Shown in pieces: positions 61,547-64,000 of a stretch of DNA of 64,000 nucleotides (position 1 is the first letter of the stretch; the number at the start of each line of letters is the position of its first letter). The notes under the pieces were generated by a model. It did no database searches, had not been told where the DNA came from, and worked only from the letters and a program-made list of their open reading frames with translations. Location of the stretch: positions 992,001 through 1,056,000 of the forward strand of contig CBDBDR010000017.1 in NCBI GenBank assembly GCA_965203965.1. Direction: 5' to 3'. Source of the DNA: Thermodesulfobacteriota bacterium. Lineage in GTDB: Bacteria; Desulfobacterota_D; UBA1144; Nemesobacterales; JAJCZQ01. A program made the position numbers and the translations under genes.

Positions 61547-61993
61547 ATGACAAGATATTTAATATCTTTTGCCCTACTGCCACTGCTACTCAACATCATG
61601 CTGGTCGGCAACGGACATACAAAGAAAGATGGTTATAAAACCGTGATTGAGGAAAGCTACTACGTTGTAGATGAGAAAAACAAAGAGAAATTCATACGTA
61701 TCTACAAATCAAGGCTTTTTCCCTTCTGGCAAAAAATGAAGGAAATGGGACTAATCGTAGATGACTACAGAATGTATTCTCAGAGAATACACACTCTGAA
61801 ACCCTTGTGGACGTATAAAACTACGGTGAAATTCAAAAACTATCAAGCAATAGACAAATGGCTTGAGATCAGGGATGAAGTTTATAACAAGATGTTTCCC
61901 GGTGAAGGCGGTTACAAGGGACCGAGAAAAAAGATAAACCTTATCACTGAAAAGCACTGGGACGAGTTCATTAGAGAGATACCCTTGAGGTAA
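61547..61993 (+). CDS. Hypothetical exported protein
   Basis: Strong RBS GGAGGT, signal-peptide-like N-terminus. Confidence 0.75.
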   Translation: MTRYLISFALLPLLLNIMLVGNGHTKKDGYKTVIEESYYVVDEKNKEKFIRIYKSRLFPFWQKMKEMGLIVDDYRMYSQRIHTLKPLWTYKTTVKFKNYQAIDKWLEIRDEVYNKMFPGEGGYKGPRKKINLITEKHWDEFIREIPLR

Positions 61994-62101
61994 TTCTGTA
62001 TAGAACGTATAGAACTAAGTAAGGAAGTTGATTAAAGACAACGGAAGAAATTTAGGGTGCATTAGCCAAGTTCAAATGGTTCTGTGTAACTGGCAAAACC
62101 T

Positions 62102-63121
62102 CTAATTAAAAAGCCCTTCCTGATCCCCGGGACTTTTGATATTCAAGTGCTGGAATGCAAGATGCGTTACTTTCCTACCCCTGGGTGTTTTCTCAATAAA
62201 ACCTTCCCTTATAAGAAACGGTTCGTAAACGTCTTCAATAGTATCTTTTTCTTCACTTATGGCGGCTGCAATGGTATCTATACCAACCGGTCCACCATTA
62301 AATTTTGTAATTATGACCTCAAGAATAGCCCTATCCAGATTATCAAGCCCCTTTGCATCCACTTCAAACATTTCCAAAGCAGATCTTGCAACTTCTCTGT
62401 TTATAACACCGTCAGCCCTCACCTCGGCGTAATCCCTCACGCGTTTCAACAATCTATTGGCAATCCTCGGTGTTCCCCTAGCTCTTGAACTTAGCTCATT
62501 GGCACCTTCATCATTAATCTCAATCTTCAGAAGTCGTGCAGACCTTTGTATTATCTGCTTTAACTCTTCATTAGAGTAATAATCCAATCTCAGATTCACG
62601 CCAAACCTTGACCTCAAAGGTGACGTAAGCAATCCCGTTCTGGTCGTAGCACCAATAAGAGTGAATCTGTTGAGATTTATTTTCATTGATCTGGCAGTTG
62701 GTCCTTCTCCTATCATAAGATCAATAGTGAAGTCCTCCATTGCCGAATACAGATATTCCTCTATAACTCTGTTGAGTCTGTGTATCTCATCTATGAACAA
62801 AACGTCTCTTTCAGACAGGTTTGTCAACATTGAGGCAAGATCCCCTGTTCTTTCAACCACGGGGCCGGAAGTTGAGTGAAAATTCACCTCAAGCTCACTT
62901 GATACAACGTGTGCCAGTGTTGTTTTGCCAAGTCCTGGGGGACCGCACAGGAGCACGTGATCAAGCGCTTCTCCTCTTTTTTTCGCAGCCTCTGTAAATA
63001 TCCTGACATTCTCCTTTACTTTTGGTTGCCCCAGATACTCTTCAAGATTTCTTGGTCTGAGGCTTACATCAAGCACTTCCTCTTGATCCATAGGACTTAC
63101 TACTCTCTCTATCTCTTTCAT
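62102..63121 (-). CDS. ruvB: Holliday junction branch migration helicase RuvB
   Basis: [33 protein letters not shown]. Confidence 0.97.
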   Translation of the reverse strand: MKEIERVVSPMDQEEVLDVSLRPRNLEEYLGQPKVKENVRIFTEAAKKRGEALDHVLLCGPPGLGKTTLAHVVSSELEVNFHSTSGPVVERTGDLASMLTNLSERDVLFIDEIHRLNRVIEEYLYSAMEDFTIDLMIGEGPTARSMKINLNRFTLIGATTRTGLLTSPLRSRFGVNLRLDYYSNEELKQIIQRSARLLKIEINDEGANELSSRARGTPRIANRLLKRVRDYAEVRADGVINREVARSALEMFEVDAKGLDNLDRAILEVIITKFNGGPVGIDTIAAAISEEKDTIEDVYEPFLIREGFIEKTPRGRKVTHLAFQHLNIKSPGDQEGLFN

Positions 63122-63149
63122 AGTTGTTCTCTACCCATCACTTCCTGCA

Positions 63150-63737
63150 TCATAATTTCCTCATAATTTTCAGAGACTCTCTCACCAGATCTTCCATATT
63201 TCCCGTTACGGCTGATACCTTGTTCAAGTGATCTCTGTTATCCTCAATTTCATTTCTGGTAAAACCGAGATTCAAAAGCACGGATATGACATCATCCATA
63301 AGACTATTATTAGTGCTTGTGGATTCTTTATAGCCGTGGCTAACAAGTTTGTCTTTCAACTCATTTATTATTCTGCTTGACGTTTTAGCTCCTATTCCCG
63401 GCACTTTTTTCGCCGCTAAATCACCCGTAATAATTGAATTGATTAACTCCTGCGGTGTTATATTGGATAAAATGTTAATTGCCCCCTTGGGACCTATACC
63501 CGTAACTCCAATAAGACACTTGAACAGCTTTTTTTCGCCATCCGTGAGAAAACCAAAAAGCTCAATAGAATTTTCTCTGGCATGGGTATATATATTTAAT
63601 TGCACCTCTGCTCCCATGTCCGGCAGGTTTGAAAACATTGACAGTGGAACCGTAACCTCATACCCCACGCCTCCTACATCCACAATTAGGGATCCTTCAT
63701 ATTTCCCTGCAATTTTACCTCTTAACAGTGATATCAT
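63150..63737 (-). CDS. ruvA: Holliday junction branch migration protein RuvA
   Basis: VGGVGYEV, LFGF, GIGPK, VPGIGAK. Confidence 0.95.
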   Translation of the reverse strand: MISLLRGKIAGKYEGSLIVDVGGVGYEVTVPLSMFSNLPDMGAEVQLNIYTHARENSIELFGFLTDGEKKLFKCLIGVTGIGPKGAINILSNITPQELINSIITGDLAAKKVPGIGAKTSSRIINELKDKLVSHGYKESTSTNNSLMDDVISVLLNLGFTRNEIEDNRDHLNKVSAVTGNMEDLVRESLKIMRKL

Positions 63738-64000
63738 TTAAAGTAAATTGTGAGCGTTTTCTTGTTGATCTGGACTTTACATCTAAATTAGCCAGGTTTG
63801 GATATTTGGAAAAATTAATGTGGCAAAGTGCTATTGCCAGTGCATCCGAAATATCAGCTTTCTCAAAATCATTGATACCAAGCACGTAAGAAAGCATTTT
63901 CATAATTTCAAATTTTTTTGCTCTACCCCTCCCTGTTATGGCAAGTTTTACCTTTGTCGGAGCGTATTCGTAAATTTTCAAACCTTCATTTTCAGCCGCA
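63715..64000 (-). CDS. ruvC: Crossover junction endodeoxyribonuclease RuvC, C-terminal part
   Basis: EYAPTKVK.AITG.GRA.K, D.SDALAIALCH; upstream of ruvA. Confidence 0.92.
   Translation of the reverse strand, partial: AAENEGLKIYEYAPTKVKLAITGRGRAKKFEIMKMLSYVLGINDFEKADISDALAIALCHINFSKYPNLANLDVKSRSTRKRSQFTLNDITVKR

Overview
An AT-rich bacterial chromosome segment made up mostly of housekeeping genes: nuoF end, icd, nuoE, glnD, nadBCA, ispE, argJ, recO, mgtE, a futalosine-pathway cluster (ubiA/mqnP, ubiX, ubiD, mqnE), mazG, apgM, lipA, sppA-rpsA-cmk-aroA, sucD, dapB-tgt-yajC-secDF, pheS, coaE, tRNA-Met, argS, tolQRA and ruvCAB. The gene content suggests a deltaproteobacteria-like lineage, possibly Ca. 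Dadabacteria (inference only). Five accessory patches interrupt it. (1) A fused restriction-endonuclease/methyltransferase relic at 2.2-2.8 kb. (2) A metabolic islet at 15.8-20.7 kb. (3) A ~1.5 kb insert between ubiX and ubiD. It holds a MuF-like phage nuclease fragment facing a promoter-bearing structured RNA, both bracketed by inverted REP-like repeats, with a second structured RNA just outside the bracket. (4) A GmrSD-like gene flanked by a 58-bp duplication of the mazG 3' end, followed by a type II R-M pair. (5) A HEAT-repeat-fused methyltransferase plus a CfrBI-family endonuclease. The best candidate for an undescribed system is the nuclease plus convergent ncRNA pair, a possible RNA-antitoxin module. 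Other non-coding signals are a rod-shaped RNA after ispE, an anti-SD-bearing sRNA, orphan tandem NrdR-like boxes and apparently frequent leaderless promoters. All family assignments come from motif recognition by eye; no searches were run.
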